A stretch of 64,000 nt of DNA, taken from positions 1,495-65,494 of the forward strand of contig NZ_JACMOM010000320.1 in NCBI RefSeq assembly GCF_014378035.1. Direction: 5' to 3'. Made by a program: the position numbers and the translations under genes. This DNA is from Aeromicrobium sp. (lineage in GTDB: Bacteria; Actinomycetota; Actinomycetes; Propionibacteriales; Nocardioidaceae). Positions 21,436 through 31,582 of the stretch are shown here, piece after piece (the stretch's first letter is position 1; each line of letters starts with the position of its first letter). Below the pieces are notes generated by a model. That model was given only the letters and a program-made list of their open reading frames with translations, was not told the origin of the DNA and did no database searches.

Positions 21436-21743
21436 GCTCTGAGGATCTCGAGCGTTACGAGTCGGAGATGGAGCTGTCGCTGTACCGCGAGTACCGCGAC
21501 GTCGTCTCGATCTTCAAGTACGTCGTCGAGACCGATCGGCGTTTCTACCTGTGCAACTCGGTCGACGTGAAGGTGCGGTCCGAGACCGGCGATGCCTACT
21601 TCGAGGTGTCGATGAGCGATGCGTGGGTGTGGGACATCTACCGGCCCGCGCGGTTCGCCAAGAGCGTCAAGGTCCTCACCTTCAAGGACGTCAACGTCGA
21701 AGAGCTGCAGGACTCCGACTTCAAGATGCCCGGCACCGACTGA
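21432..21743 (+). CDS. DUF2469 family protein
   Basis: MSSEDLERYESEMELSLYREYRDV...VETDRRFYL...DAWVWDIYRPARF; conserved position after rnhB in Actinobacteria. Confidence 0.9.
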   Translation: MSSEDLERYESEMELSLYREYRDVVSIFKYVVETDRRFYLCNSVDVKVRSETGDAYFEVSMSDAWVWDIYRPARFAKSVKVLTFKDVNVEELQDSDFKMPGTD

Positions 21744-21746
21744 ACC

Positions 21747-21785
21747 TGTCCACAGCCCACTGACAATGGCGGGGATGTCCACAGC
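21747..21785 (+). promoter_or_regulatory. Paired TGTCCACAGC boxes upstream of yraN-comM-dprA
   Basis: Identical 10-mers at 21747-21756 and 21776-21785; similar to the DnaA box TT(A/G)TCCACA. Confidence 0.6.
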
Positions 21786-21835
21786 ACGGCCGAACGTCCC
21801 TGACGGTCGCAGTCCCGCGTCGCAAGTCTGGTGCG

Positions 21836-22198
21836 ATGACTTATGCGCGCAACAAGGCACTCGGTGACTTCGGCGAGGCAGTGGCAGCCCATCACCTGAT
21901 GTCGCTCGGCATGGTGATCCTCGCCCGGCAGTGGACGTGCCGGTTCGGTGAGATCGACATCGTGGCCCGCGACGGCTCGACCCTCGTCATCTGTGAGGTC
22001 AAGACCCGCACGAGCACGACGTACGGGGGGCCGTTCGAGGCGGTCACGGGTCACAAGGCCGCCCGGCTGCGACGGCTCGCGACGCATTGGCTCGAGGTGC
22101 ACGACGTCGACCCGCCGAGCGTGCGCATCGATGTCGTCTCGGTGGTCGTGCCGGCCCGTGGAGCGCCGGTCGTCGCGCGCATCGCCGGTGTCGCCTGA
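21836..22198 (+). CDS. yraN: YraN family PD-(D/E)xK nuclease
   Basis: LGDFGEAVAA, GEIDIVA, ICEVKTR, RIDVV. Confidence 0.93.
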   Translation: MTYARNKALGDFGEAVAAHHLMSLGMVILARQWTCRFGEIDIVARDGSTLVICEVKTRTSTTYGGPFEAVTGHKAARLRRLATHWLEVHDVDPPSVRIDVVSVVVPARGAPVVARIAGVA

Positions 22199-23778
22199 TG
22201 GCCTCCGCGACTCACTCGGTCACGCTCGACGGGCTCGCAGGTCGTCCCATCGAGGTGGAGGTCGACATCTCCGGTGGGCTGCCCACGACGGTGCTCGTCG
22301 GACTTGCCGACACGATGGTCAACGAGGCACGCGACCGGTGTCGCTCGGCGGTGTCCAACTCCGGCACGACGTGGCCCGACCAGCGAGTGACGATCAACTT
22401 GGCGCCGTCGACGCTGCCCAAGTCCGGCTCGCACTACGACCTGGCCATCGCGTTGGCGGTCTTTGCCGCCAAGTCCTTGGTGCCGGCAGAGAGCCTCGCC
22501 GGCGCAGCCTTCCTCGGCGAGCTCGCGCTCGACGGGCGGCTTCGCGCCATCCGTGGCGTCCTGCCAGCCACGCTGGCCGCGGCAGAGGCAGGCTTCGAGC
22601 GCATCTTCGTCCCCGAGGTCAACGTCCCCGAGGCCGAGCTGGTCGAGGGCATCACGGTCGTGGGCGTGCGGTCACTACGACAGGCGGTGGCACTCCTCAC
22701 CGGCGGTGAGGAGCCCGACGACCCGCCTGTGCCGCCGCTCGACGACCTCCCGTCGATGTCCTGGACGTCGGGTGAGCGGCTTGCCCATCTCGACCTCGCC
22801 GACATCGCAGGCCAGGAGGACTCCCGCATGGCTCTCGTGGTCGCGGCTGCCGGCGGGCATCACCTGCTGATGACCGGCCCGCCTGGCATCGGCAAGACGA
22901 TGCTCGCGCAGAGACTGCCGGGTCTGCTTCCCGACCTCTCGTACGAGCAGTCGCTCGCGGTCAGTGCCGTTCATTCAGTGGCGGGTGTCCTGCCAAGCGC
23001 CTCACCGCTGCTGCTGCGGCCGCCGTTTCTCGACCCGCACCACACGGCGAGTGCGGTCTCGATCGTCGGCGGCGGGAGCAGGACGATCCGTCCCGGTGCC
23101 CTCTCGTTGGCACACCACGGCGTCCTGTTCCTCGACGAGGCGCCGGAGTTCGCCTCCAACGTGCTCGAGGCGCTGAGGCAGCCCCTCGAGAGTGGCCGGG
23201 TCGTGGTCTCGCGTGCCGCCCAGACCGCGGCCTACCCAGCGCGGTTCCAGCTCGTGCTCGCGGCCAACCCGTGCCCGTGCGGTCTCAGCTCGTCGGTCAG
23301 CGACCTGTGCCGCTGCACGCCCCTGATGCGTCGTCGCTACTCCGATCGGTTGTCGGGGCCCATCCGCGACCGCATCGACATCCAGCGGTCGCTGACGGCG
23401 CTGTCCCGGCCCGAGCTCGTCAACGCCCTGACCGGCGCGAGATCCACCGCTGAGCTCGCCGGCGAGGTGGCGCAGGCCCGTGAGCGACAAGCCCGCCGAC
23501 TCCGGGCGACGTCCTGGCGGCTCAACAGCGAGGTTCCGGGCACTGAGCTGCGCAAGCACTGGCCCGTCAGCGACAGGGGCCGGGCGCTGCCCGACCAGCA
23601 GCTCCGCAGCCAGAAGCTCAACGCGAGATCGGCCGACCGCATCCTGCGGCTGTCATGGAGCCTTGCCGACCTCGTGGGGCACGACATCCCGTCGGGCGAC
23701 GACGTCGGCTCAGCCCTGGCGCTGCGCCGTGGCACGCCGCTCGGCGGGGCGCTGCGCGACATGGTGCAGGCGTCGTGA
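22198..23778 (+). CDS. comM: YifB/ComM Mg-chelatase-like AAA+ helicase
   Basis: INLAPSTLPKSGSHYDLAIA, GPPGIGKTM, LAHHGVLFLDEAPEF, ANPCPCG, LSGPIRDRID. Confidence 0.94.
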   Translation: MASATHSVTLDGLAGRPIEVEVDISGGLPTTVLVGLADTMVNEARDRCRSAVSNSGTTWPDQRVTINLAPSTLPKSGSHYDLAIALAVFAAKSLVPAESLAGAAFLGELALDGRLRAIRGVLPATLAAAEAGFERIFVPEVNVPEAELVEGITVVGVRSLRQAVALLTGGEEPDDPPVPPLDDLPSMSWTSGERLAHLDLADIAGQEDSRMALVVAAAGGHHLLMTGPPGIGKTMLAQRLPGLLPDLSYEQSLAVSAVHSVAGVLPSASPLLLRPPFLDPHHTASAVSIVGGGSRTIRPGALSLAHHGVLFLDEAPEFASNVLEALRQPLESGRVVVSRAAQTAAYPARFQLVLAANPCPCGLSSSVSDLCRCTPLMRRRYSDRLSGPIRDRIDIQRSLTALSRPELVNALTGARSTAELAGEVAQARERQARRLRATSWRLNSEVPGTELRKHWPVSDRGRALPDQQLRSQKLNARSADRILRLSWSLADLVGHDIPSGDDVGSALALRRGTPLGGALRDMVQAS

Positions 23779-24920
23779 GCTCGACCCGGCAGGATCGCCT
23801 GGCCCTGAGCCTCGTCGTCGAACCCGGCGACCCACGGCTGCGCGACCTGCTGCTCGATCTCGAGCCGGGCGCGATCGTCGCTGCTGTCCGCGGCCGTCAC
23901 GCACGCGGGCAACCACGTGTGCCGGAGGCCTGGTCGGAGCGGGGCCACGACCTCGACCGGACCGTCGAGACGGCGAGGGCCAGGGCGGCGGCCGGGGGTC
24001 TGCGTTGGCTGTGTCCGGGCGACCACGGGTGGCCGGGGGCACTGTCCGACCTCGACCACGTCGAGCCGCTGCACGGCGCGACCGGCGCCCCGCTCGGCCT
24101 GTGGGTGCGGGGCAAGAGCAACCTGGCTGCGCTGAGCCAGACCAGTGTCGCGATCGTCGGCGCCCGTGAGTGCACGACGTACGGTGCCGAGTGCGCGTCC
24201 GAGCTCGCGATCGACTGTGCAGATGCGGGTTACACCGTCATCAGCGGTGCTGCCTACGGTGTCGACGGTTGTGCCCACCGGGGAGCGGTGATGATGGGCT
24301 CTCCCACCGTGGCGGTTCTGGCCTGCGGGGCCGACATTGACTACCCGTTGTCGCACGGGGCACTGCTCGCGCGCATCGCCGAGGACGGTCTGGTGGTGAG
24401 CGAGCAGGCTCCTGGCCAACGCCCGATGAAGGGGCGGTTCCTGTCACGCAACCGGCTCATCGCCGCGCTGACCCAGGGCACGGTGGTCATCGAGGCGGCA
24501 TCGCGCAGCGGGTCGCTCAACACCCTCAGCTGGGCCGACCAGCTGGGTCGGACCACCATGGGTCTCCCCGGTCCGGTGACGTCGCGCCAGTCGACGGGAG
24601 TCCACGCGGCGTTGCGGGGCGGCAAGGCGGTGCTCGTGACCAGTGGCAAGGACGTGGTCGAGGAGATGCGCGGGCTGGGAGCCGACAGCGCCGACGAGGC
24701 ACCACTGCTCCTCACCGACTTCGATCGGCTCCCGCCCACCGCCCAGAAGGCACTCGACGGACTCGACTGGAGCGAGCCACGGTCGGCATCGGAGGTGGCC
24801 GTCGTCGCGCACCTCTCCGCGCGCCAGGTCGGGCCGGCGCTCGCACTGCTCGAGCGGCGGGCGCTGGCGTCGCGGATCGGCTCCGGGTGGCTGCTCTCCC
24901 GGCGCGCCGACGTGGGCTGA
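23775..24920 (+). CDS. dprA: DNA-processing protein DprA
   Basis: VAIVGARECTTYG, ISGAAYGVDGCAH, FLSRNRLIAAL, VIEAASRSGSL, PGPVTS; GTGA overlap with comM. Confidence 0.95.
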   Translation: MSSTRQDRLALSLVVEPGDPRLRDLLLDLEPGAIVAAVRGRHARGQPRVPEAWSERGHDLDRTVETARARAAAGGLRWLCPGDHGWPGALSDLDHVEPLHGATGAPLGLWVRGKSNLAALSQTSVAIVGARECTTYGAECASELAIDCADAGYTVISGAAYGVDGCAHRGAVMMGSPTVAVLACGADIDYPLSHGALLARIAEDGLVVSEQAPGQRPMKGRFLSRNRLIAALTQGTVVIEAASRSGSLNTLSWADQLGRTTMGLPGPVTSRQSTGVHAALRGGKAVLVTSGKDVVEEMRGLGADSADEAPLLLTDFDRLPPTAQKALDGLDWSEPRSASEVAVVAHLSARQVGPALALLERRALASRIGSGWLLSRRADVG

Positions 24921-24947
24921 CCGCGCTGTCGCAGCACACTGGACGTG

Positions 24948-25883
24948 ATGACAGATCACGAGAGCGTCGGGTTGGGCGAGGCATGGGCGGCAGTGCTGGC
25001 CGACTACGAGACGCACCTGACCGCCGAGCGCGACCTGTCGGCCCACTCGGTACGTGCCTACCTTGCCGACCTCGAGAGCCTCGCCGCCCACGCGTCGCGG
25101 CTCGGCATCGACCAGCCAGCCGGGCTGAGCATCCGTACGCTTCGCAGCTGGCTGGCCAACCTGCAGACGCTGGGCAAGGCGCGCACGACGATGGCCCGCC
25201 GTGCCACGTCTGCACGGGTGTTCACGGCCTGGCTCGCCCGGACGGGACGCGCCCCGTCGGACGCCGGCGCGCTGCTTGCCAGCCCCAAGGCGCACCGCGA
25301 GCTTCCGGTGGCCCTCAGCGAGCTCGAGGTGCGCGCACTGCTCGACGCGACGGTCGAGTCGCTCGCCAACGAAGGAGCCCACGGACTGCGTGACCTGGCG
25401 ATCCTCGAGCTGTTGTACGCCACCGGCATCCGCGTGGGTGAGCTCGTCGGGCTCGACATCGACGACCTTGATCGCGGGCGGCGGGTGGTGCGAGTCTTCG
25501 GCAAGGGGCGCAAGGAGAGGTCTGTGCCCTACGGGCTGCCGGCCTCGGAGGCCGTCGAGCTGTGGCTCGAGCGGGGCAGGCCGTCGACGGCGATCGAGTC
25601 AAGCGGCGCTGCGATGTTCCTGGGTGCGCGCGGGGGCCGTATCGACCAGCGAGCCGTGCGACGTGTCGTGCACGAGCGCCTGGCCGCCGTCGATGGTGCA
25701 CCCGACATCGGCCCGCACGGCCTGCGTCACACCGCCGCCACCCATCTGCTCGAGGGTGGCGCCGACCTGCGCAGTGTGCAAGAGATCCTGGGTCACGCCT
25801 CGTTGGGCACGACACAGATCTACACGCACGTCAGCAACGAGCGCCTCAGGTCTGCCTACCGGCTGGCCCATCCCCGCGCGTGA
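24948..25883 (+). CDS. xerC: Tyrosine recombinase XerC
   Basis: LELLYATGIRVGEL, GKGRKER, HGLRHTAATHLL, LGHASLGTTQIYTHV; housekeeping position after dprA. Confidence 0.92.
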   Translation: MTDHESVGLGEAWAAVLADYETHLTAERDLSAHSVRAYLADLESLAAHASRLGIDQPAGLSIRTLRSWLANLQTLGKARTTMARRATSARVFTAWLARTGRAPSDAGALLASPKAHRELPVALSELEVRALLDATVESLANEGAHGLRDLAILELLYATGIRVGELVGLDIDDLDRGRRVVRVFGKGRKERSVPYGLPASEAVELWLERGRPSTAIESSGAAMFLGARGGRIDQRAVRRVVHERLAAVDGAPDIGPHGLRHTAATHLLEGGADLRSVQEILGHASLGTTQIYTHVSNERLRSAYRLAHPRA

Positions 25884-25925
25884 CGAGGCCGCGCGTAACG
25901 AAGGCGCAGGGAGACGCAGACGCCA

Positions 25926-26828
25926 TCAGAGGAGATCTTGCGGATTCACCGCTCGTCCTGCCTTCAGCACCATGAAGTGCAGATGGCAGCCCGTCGACAG
26001 CCCGGTGGTGCCCGAGCGGCCGACGACGTCGCGGGCGCCTACCCGCTCGCCCACTGACACGGACTGGTCGCTCAAGTGGTTGTAGGACGTCTCCAGCCCG
26101 GGCCGGTGTCGGATGGTCACCCGCTTGCCGTAGGCCGCGCTGAACGAGCGTCCGACCACGGTTCCGGCGCCGGCCGAGTGCACCGGCGTTCCGCACGGCA
26201 CGCCGAAGTCGGTGCCGTCATGCAGCTTGCGCACGCCGGTGACCGGATGGACCCGCATGCCGAACGACGAGGTGACAGGCCCGCCGACCGGACGCTGCAG
26301 CCGTGCCTCGCCGACACCGGCGGGTGGGGCCGGCGGCTTCCCGTGGGGGTCGATCAGGCGGACAGCACCGCCGCCGAGGAGGGCGAGCGGGTCGAGGTAG
26401 TCGTCGCCCGCAAGGCGGCCGAGGTGCAGACACGCCCCGGCGCAGTGGCTGGGCGAGCCGAGGAGGGTGCCGACGGCCTGGCCGGATTGCACGGCGTCGC
26501 CAACGTGCATGTGTGACCTGACTGGCTGATAGGTAGAACGTTCGCGACCGTGGTCGATCGTCACCACGGGCACGCCGCCCACCTGACCGGCGAAGGTGAC
26601 GATCCCGGCGGCGACGGCGCGCACGACGTCGCCCGCCCTGGCCGAGATGTCGACGCCGCGGTGGCCCGCCCCGTAGTCGGACTGCGGCGGATCGAAGCGC
26701 TCACCGAGCGCGTGGTCATCGAGTGGCCACGACCATGGGTCGGGCGATGCGGCGAGGGTCGCCGGTGCCCGGACGAGCACGAGGATCGGCATCAGGGTGA
26801 GGACGAGTGCGGACGAACGTCTGTTCAT
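25926..26828 (-). CDS. Secreted peptidoglycan peptidase with two tandem M23 domains
   Basis: Signal peptide MNRRSSALVLTL.... Domain 1: HRGVD...CLHLG. Domain 2: HDGTD...YNHL...GCHLHF. Confidence 0.88.
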   Translation of the reverse strand: MNRRSSALVLTLMPILVLVRAPATLAASPDPWSWPLDDHALGERFDPPQSDYGAGHRGVDISARAGDVVRAVAAGIVTFAGQVGGVPVVTIDHGRERSTYQPVRSHMHVGDAVQSGQAVGTLLGSPSHCAGACLHLGRLAGDDYLDPLALLGGGAVRLIDPHGKPPAPPAGVGEARLQRPVGGPVTSSFGMRVHPVTGVRKLHDGTDFGVPCGTPVHSAGAGTVVGRSFSAAYGKRVTIRHRPGLETSYNHLSDQSVSVGERVGARDVVGRSGTTGLSTGCHLHFMVLKAGRAVNPQDLL

Positions 26829-26878
26829 GCTCTTCAGACAAGACCTCTGCCGGGCCCGACGCACCAGTCGTGGCAAGG

Positions 26879-26916
26879 GCTGTGGACAGGGCGTGTCGGA
26901 CAACGCAGTGTGGATT
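26879..26916 (-). promoter_or_regulatory. Paired TCCACA boxes upstream of the M23 gene
   Basis: Minus-strand TGTCCACAGC at 26879-26888 and AATCCACACT at 26907-26916. Confidence 0.55.
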
Positions 26917-26949
26917 TCCTCCGGGGCGCCCCGGTGCCCTAGACTGGGG

Positions 26950-27143
26950 CCGATCACTCCTCCGGGAGTGAAATCCGCGTGCCCGTCTCCGTATGACGCG
27001 AGAGCTGAATACGGTCGTGGTCCTGGTCTCACGCAGTGTTGATCACTGCAGGAGCGGGCCATAGACACGGGCGCCAGGGCACCGCCGACCGGCAGTGCAC
27101 TCAACCAGGACAAGGCACGTCTGTGCCACAAGGAGATACGACC
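26950..27143 (+). promoter_or_regulatory. Structured 5' leader of rpsB-tsf (possible S2 autoregulatory RNA)
   Basis: TAGACT -10 near 26940; hairpin CACTCC...GGAGTG; long-range pairing GCCCGT/ACGGGC; nested stems before SD AAGGAG. Confidence 0.5.
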
Positions 27144-28427
27144 ATGGCAGTCGTCACCATGCGCCAGTTGCTCGAGAGCGGCGTCCACTTCGGGCACCAG
27201 ACCCGTCGGTGGAACCACAAGATGAAGCGTTTCATCTTCACCGAGCGCAACGGCATCTACATCATTGACCTGCAGCAGTCGCTCGCCTACATCGATGCCG
27301 GCTACGAGTTCGTCAAGAACACCGTGGCCCGCGGCGGCACGATCCTGTTCGTCGGTACGAAGCGCCAGGCGCAGGAGCCGATCGAGGAGCAGGCGAAGCG
27401 TGTGGGAATGCCCTACGTCAACCAGCGTTGGCTCGGCGGCATGCTCACGAACTTCCAGACGATGCACCAGCGCCTCCAGCGCATGAAGGAGCTCGAGGAG
27501 GTCGACTTCGACGACGTCGCGGGATCCAACCGCACGAAGAAAGAGCTCTTGGGCATGAGCCGCGAGTACGCGAAGCTCTCGCGCACCCTCGGTGGAATCC
27601 GCGACATGGGCCGCACGCCTTCAGCCGTCTGGATCGTCGACACGAAGAAGGAGCACCTCGCGGTCGACGAGGCCAAGAAGCTCAACATCCCGATCATCGC
27701 CATCCTCGACACCAACTGCGACCCCGATGACGTCGACTTCCCGATCCCGGGCAACGACGACGCCATTCGTTCGGTCGGCCTGCTGACGCGGGTCATCGCC
27801 GACGCCGTCGCCGAGGGCCTCATCGCTCGCGGTGGCAGCAAGACTGGTCAAGAGGAGCCCGGCGCCGAGCTCGGCGCCGAGGAGCCCCTGGCCGACTGGG
27901 AGCGCGAGCTGCTCGAGTCGAAGGCGGCCGAGGCTGCCGCTGCCGACTCCAAGGCGGCTGACGCCCCGACCGACGCACCCGACGCGATCGCCAAGGCGGC
28001 CGACGACGCCGTTCCGGCTGCAGCCCCGGCTGCTGCCCCGACCGAGGCACCGGTGGAGGACGCGGCCGAAGCCACGCTCACCGAGCCGGTCAGCACCGAT
28101 GCCGTCATCACCGAGGCCCCGGCTGCCGAAGGTGCCGCCAAGGAGGCTGCTGCCAAGCCCGTCGCCGAGCCGAAGGCAGAAGAGTCGAAGGACCCCGCCG
28201 TCAAGGCTCCTGAGGATGCCACCGCCGCCGCTCCGTATGGTCCGGGCTCGAAGGCTCCGCTCAAGAGCGGCAACGCCCCCAAGGGCTTCACCGTCAAGGG
28301 CAACGCCGACTCGGGTCTCTTCCACACTGAAGACGGCCAGTGGTACGAGCAGACCGTCGCCGAGGTCTGGTTCGACACCGCCGAGTCCGCTGAGGCCGCA
28401 GGCTTCACGGCACCCGGCGCCAAGTGA
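27144..28427 (+). CDS. rpsB: 30S ribosomal protein S2 with an Ala/Pro/Glu-rich linker and a C-terminal extra domain
   Basis: [49 protein letters not shown]; about 150-aa extension. Confidence 0.97.
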   Translation: MAVVTMRQLLESGVHFGHQTRRWNHKMKRFIFTERNGIYIIDLQQSLAYIDAGYEFVKNTVARGGTILFVGTKRQAQEPIEEQAKRVGMPYVNQRWLGGMLTNFQTMHQRLQRMKELEEVDFDDVAGSNRTKKELLGMSREYAKLSRTLGGIRDMGRTPSAVWIVDTKKEHLAVDEAKKLNIPIIAILDTNCDPDDVDFPIPGNDDAIRSVGLLTRVIADAVAEGLIARGGSKTGQEEPGAELGAEEPLADWERELLESKAAEAAAADSKAADAPTDAPDAIAKAADDAVPAAAPAAAPTEAPVEDAAEATLTEPVSTDAVITEAPAAEGAAKEAAAKPVAEPKAEESKDPAVKAPEDATAAAPYGPGSKAPLKSGNAPKGFTVKGNADSGLFHTEDGQWYEQTVAEVWFDTAESAEAAGFTAPGAK

Positions 28428-28466
28428 CCACCAGCTGACTGTCAGACACTCGTAAAGGAACAGCAC

Positions 28467-29294
28467 ATGGCTATCACCGCCACAGAGGTCAAGAGGCTCC
28501 GCGACGCAACGGGCGCCGGCATGATGGACGCGAAGAAGGCACTCACCGAGGTAGACGGCGACTTCGAGAAGGCCATCGAGGTCCTCCGCATCTCGGGGGC
28601 TGCCAAGGCCGCCAAGCGTGGTGCCGAGCGTGACGCCACGGCCGGGCTCGTCGCCAACTTCGGCAACGCCATCGTCGAGCTGAACTCCGAGACCGATTTC
28701 GTCGCGAAGAACGAGCAGTTCATCGCACTGGCAGAGGAGCTCGCAGTCCTCGCCGACACGGTCAAGCCGGCCAACGCGGAGGAGTTCGCGACCGCCACCC
28801 TCGAGTCGGGCAAGACGGTCACCGAAGCCGTCGCCGACCTCGCGATCCTGATCGGCGAGAAGCTCGAGCTCGGTCGGGTCGCGAGCTTCGATGGCACGGT
28901 CGCCACCTACATGCACCGCCGCGCCAGCGACCTTCCCCACGCGGTGGGCGTCCTCGTGCAGTTCGAGGACGACGGCAACGACAAGGCGCACGAGGTGGCC
29001 CGCGGGGTGGCGATGCAGATCGCCGCCATGCGTCCTCGCTATCTCACGCGCGAAGAGGTGCCGGCTGACGTCGTCGCCAAGGAGCGCGAGATTGCCGAGG
29101 CGACGGCTCGCGAAGAAGGCAAGCCGGAGCAGGCCATCGCCAAGATCACCGAGGGCCGGCTGAACGGCTTCTTCAAGGACACGGTGCTGCTCGACCAAAC
29201 GTCGGTCCAGGACAACAAGAAGACCGTCAAGTCGCTGCTCGACGATGCCGGAGTGACGCTCACACGTTTCGCCCACATCGAGATCGGCGCCTGA
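28467..29294 (+). CDS. tsf: Elongation factor Ts
   Basis: [31 protein letters not shown]. Confidence 0.98.
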   Translation: MAITATEVKRLRDATGAGMMDAKKALTEVDGDFEKAIEVLRISGAAKAAKRGAERDATAGLVANFGNAIVELNSETDFVAKNEQFIALAEELAVLADTVKPANAEEFATATLESGKTVTEAVADLAILIGEKLELGRVASFDGTVATYMHRRASDLPHAVGVLVQFEDDGNDKAHEVARGVAMQIAAMRPRYLTREEVPADVVAKEREIAEATAREEGKPEQAIAKITEGRLNGFFKDTVLLDQTSVQDNKKTVKSLLDDAGVTLTRFAHIEIGA

Positions 29295-29361
29295 GCACCC
29301 GCACGACCAGGCACAGCAACACCCGTTGAAGCACACCATCTGCTGAACGAGAGGCCGAATC

Positions 29362-30111
29362 ATGACCACTGCACCTCAGGTCGATGATCCGGCCTCTCGT
29401 CATGAGCTCAAGCGGGTGCTGCTGAAGCTCTCCGGCGAGGTGTTCGGTGGCGGCAAGATCGGCATCGACCCCGACGTGGTCAACGGCATCGCTAAGCAGA
29501 TCGCCGAGGCGGTGTCCGCGGGCGTCGAAGTCGCCATCGTCGTCGGCGGGGGCAACTTCTTCCGCGGCGCTGAGCTCAGCCAGCGGGGCATGGACAGGTC
29601 GAGAGCCGACTACATCGGTATGCTTGGCACCGTGATGAACTGCCTGGCCTTGCAGGACTTCTGTGAGAAGCAGGGCGTCGAGACCCGGGTCCAGTCGGCC
29701 ATCACGATGGGTCAGGTCGCCGAGCCCTACATCCCGCGCCGTGCGATCCGTCACCTCGAGAAGGGCCGGGTCGTCATCTTCGGCGCCGGGGCGGGCATGC
29801 CCTACTTCTCCACCGACACCGTCTCGGCACAGCGGGCTCTGGAGATCGGTGCCGACGCGGTGCTGATGTCCAAGAGCGGCGTCGACGGCGTCTACTCCGC
29901 CGACCCGCGCACCGATCCGACGGCGAAGAAGTTTGATGAAATCACCTTCGACGACGCACTTCGGATGGGCCTCAAGGTCGTCGACGCGGCGGCATTTGCC
30001 CTCTGCATGGAGAACAGGCTGCCCATGATCGTGTTCGGCATGGAGGGCGAGGGCAACATCGCCCGCGTGCTCCGTGGTGAGAAGATCGGAACGCTGGTCC
30101 ACGCCGCCTAG
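29362..30111 (+). CDS. pyrH: UMP kinase
   Basis: [36 protein letters not shown]. Confidence 0.97.
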   Translation: MTTAPQVDDPASRHELKRVLLKLSGEVFGGGKIGIDPDVVNGIAKQIAEAVSAGVEVAIVVGGGNFFRGAELSQRGMDRSRADYIGMLGTVMNCLALQDFCEKQGVETRVQSAITMGQVAEPYIPRRAIRHLEKGRVVIFGAGAGMPYFSTDTVSAQRALEIGADAVLMSKSGVDGVYSADPRTDPTAKKFDEITFDDALRMGLKVVDAAAFALCMENRLPMIVFGMEGEGNIARVLRGEKIGTLVHAA

Positions 30112-30145
30112 GCGGGCCAGACGCATACCCGGATGGGGAGACATC

Positions 30146-30703
30146 GTGATTGACCAGACCCTGCGTGACGCTGACAGCAAGATGGCCAAGGCCGTCGAGC
30201 ATACCCGCGAGGAGTTCGCTGCGATCCGCACGGGCCGTGCGCAACCGGCGATGTTCGCCCAGATCACGGCCGAGTACTACGGCCAGCAGACCCCGCTCAA
30301 CCAGCTCGCCGGCTTCCAGGTGCCCGAGCCGCGCACCGTCATCATCCAGCCGTACGACGCGGGCGCGAAGCCAGCGATCGAGAAGGCCATCCGCGAGTCC
30401 GATCTCGGCGTCAATCCCAGCGACGACGGCAAGGTCCTGCGCGTGACGCTGCCCGAGCTGACTGAGGACCGCCGCAAGGAGTACATCAAGCTGGCGAAGT
30501 CCAAGGCGGAGGAGGGACGCGTGGCGGTGCGCAACCTGCGCCGCACCGCCAAGCAGGCGATGGACAGGGCCGAGAAGGACTCCGAGATCAGCAAGGACGA
30601 CAACACTGGTGCGGAGAAGCGCCTCGACGGCCTCACGAAGAAGTATGTCGACATCGTCGATGAGCTGCTCAAGAACAAAGAAGCAGAGCTCCTTGAGGTC
30701 TGA
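30146..30703 (+). CDS. frr: Ribosome recycling factor
   Basis: FAAIRTGRA, DLGVNPSDDG, PELTEDRRKE, VAVRNLRR. Confidence 0.97.
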   Translation: MIDQTLRDADSKMAKAVEHTREEFAAIRTGRAQPAMFAQITAEYYGQQTPLNQLAGFQVPEPRTVIIQPYDAGAKPAIEKAIRESDLGVNPSDDGKVLRVTLPELTEDRRKEYIKLAKSKAEEGRVAVRNLRRTAKQAMDRAEKDSEISKDDNTGAEKRLDGLTKKYVDIVDELLKNKEAELLEV

Positions 30704-31559
30704 TCCACCCGCCGACGAGACGCCTGTCCCCGCCGAGAAGGTCAGCCGGGCAGGTCGCAACCTGCCGGCCTCGATCGCGGTGGGCCTGAGCCTCGGCGCG
30801 GTGGTCATCACCTCGCTGTTCTTCGTCAAGGAAGCGTTCATCGCGGTCGTCGCCGTCGCCCTCGTCATCGGCCTGTTCGAGCTTGCGCGGGCTTTCGCGA
30901 CCGCCGACATCACGATCCCGATGCCTCCGGTCCTGGTCGGCGGTGTCATCATGCTGGTCGGTGGCTATTTCGGGGGCACCGAGACGGCGTCCGTCGCGCT
31001 GGCCCTCACGGTCATCGGGACGCTGGTATGGCGTCTGTCCGAGGGTGCCGACGGCTTTGTCCGCGACAGCAGCGCCGGCATCTTCGTTCTCACCTACCTG
31101 TTCCTCATGGGCGTCTTCGTGGTGCTGATGCTGGCGGAGACCGACGGCACGTGGCGCATCGTGGCCTTCGTGGTGGCGACGATTGCCTCCGACATCGGCG
31201 GCTACATCGCAGGCGTCCTCCTCGGCAAGCACCCCATGGCGCCGACGATCAGCCCGAAGAAGTCATGGGAGGGCTTCGCGGGGTCGCTCATCTTCGGCAT
31301 CGCGGCGGGCATTCTCACCGTCACCTACGGCCTCGACGGCGACTGGTGGGTCGGCATCCTGCTGGGTGTGGCGGGTGTCGTGTTCGCGACGCTCGGCGAC
31401 TTGTCGGAGTCACTGATCAAGCGTGACCTCGGCATCAAGGACATGGGCGACATCCTGCCGGGCCACGGCGGCCTGATGGACCGGCTCGACTCACTCATCG
31501 CGGTGGCCCCGATCGCGTGGCTGATCCTGCACACGCTGGTCCCGGTCACGTCGCCGTAA
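30693..31559 (+). CDS. cdsA: Phosphatidate cytidylyltransferase
   Basis: SRAGRNLP, ASDIGGY, ISPKKSWEG, GDLSESLIKRDLGIKDMG.ILPGHGGLMDRLDS. The start (TTG overlapping frr) is uncertain. Confidence 0.94.
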   Translation: MRSDPPADETPVPAEKVSRAGRNLPASIAVGLSLGAVVITSLFFVKEAFIAVVAVALVIGLFELARAFATADITIPMPPVLVGGVIMLVGGYFGGTETASVALALTVIGTLVWRLSEGADGFVRDSSAGIFVLTYLFLMGVFVVLMLAETDGTWRIVAFVVATIASDIGGYIAGVLLGKHPMAPTISPKKSWEGFAGSLIFGIAAGILTVTYGLDGDWWVGILLGVAGVVFATLGDLSESLIKRDLGIKDMGDILPGHGGLMDRLDSLIAVAPIAWLILHTLVPVTSP

Positions 31560-31582
31560 TTGGTTCGAGGGAGGGTGGAGGC

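Noticed and set aside
24948-25883. Tyrosine recombinase as a prophage or island integrase
   Set aside because: It sits in the standard dprA-xerC-M23-rpsB position; no att repeats, tRNA or phage genes nearby.
27621-29369. 582-aa minus-strand ORF
   Set aside because: Antisense shadow of rpsB-tsf.
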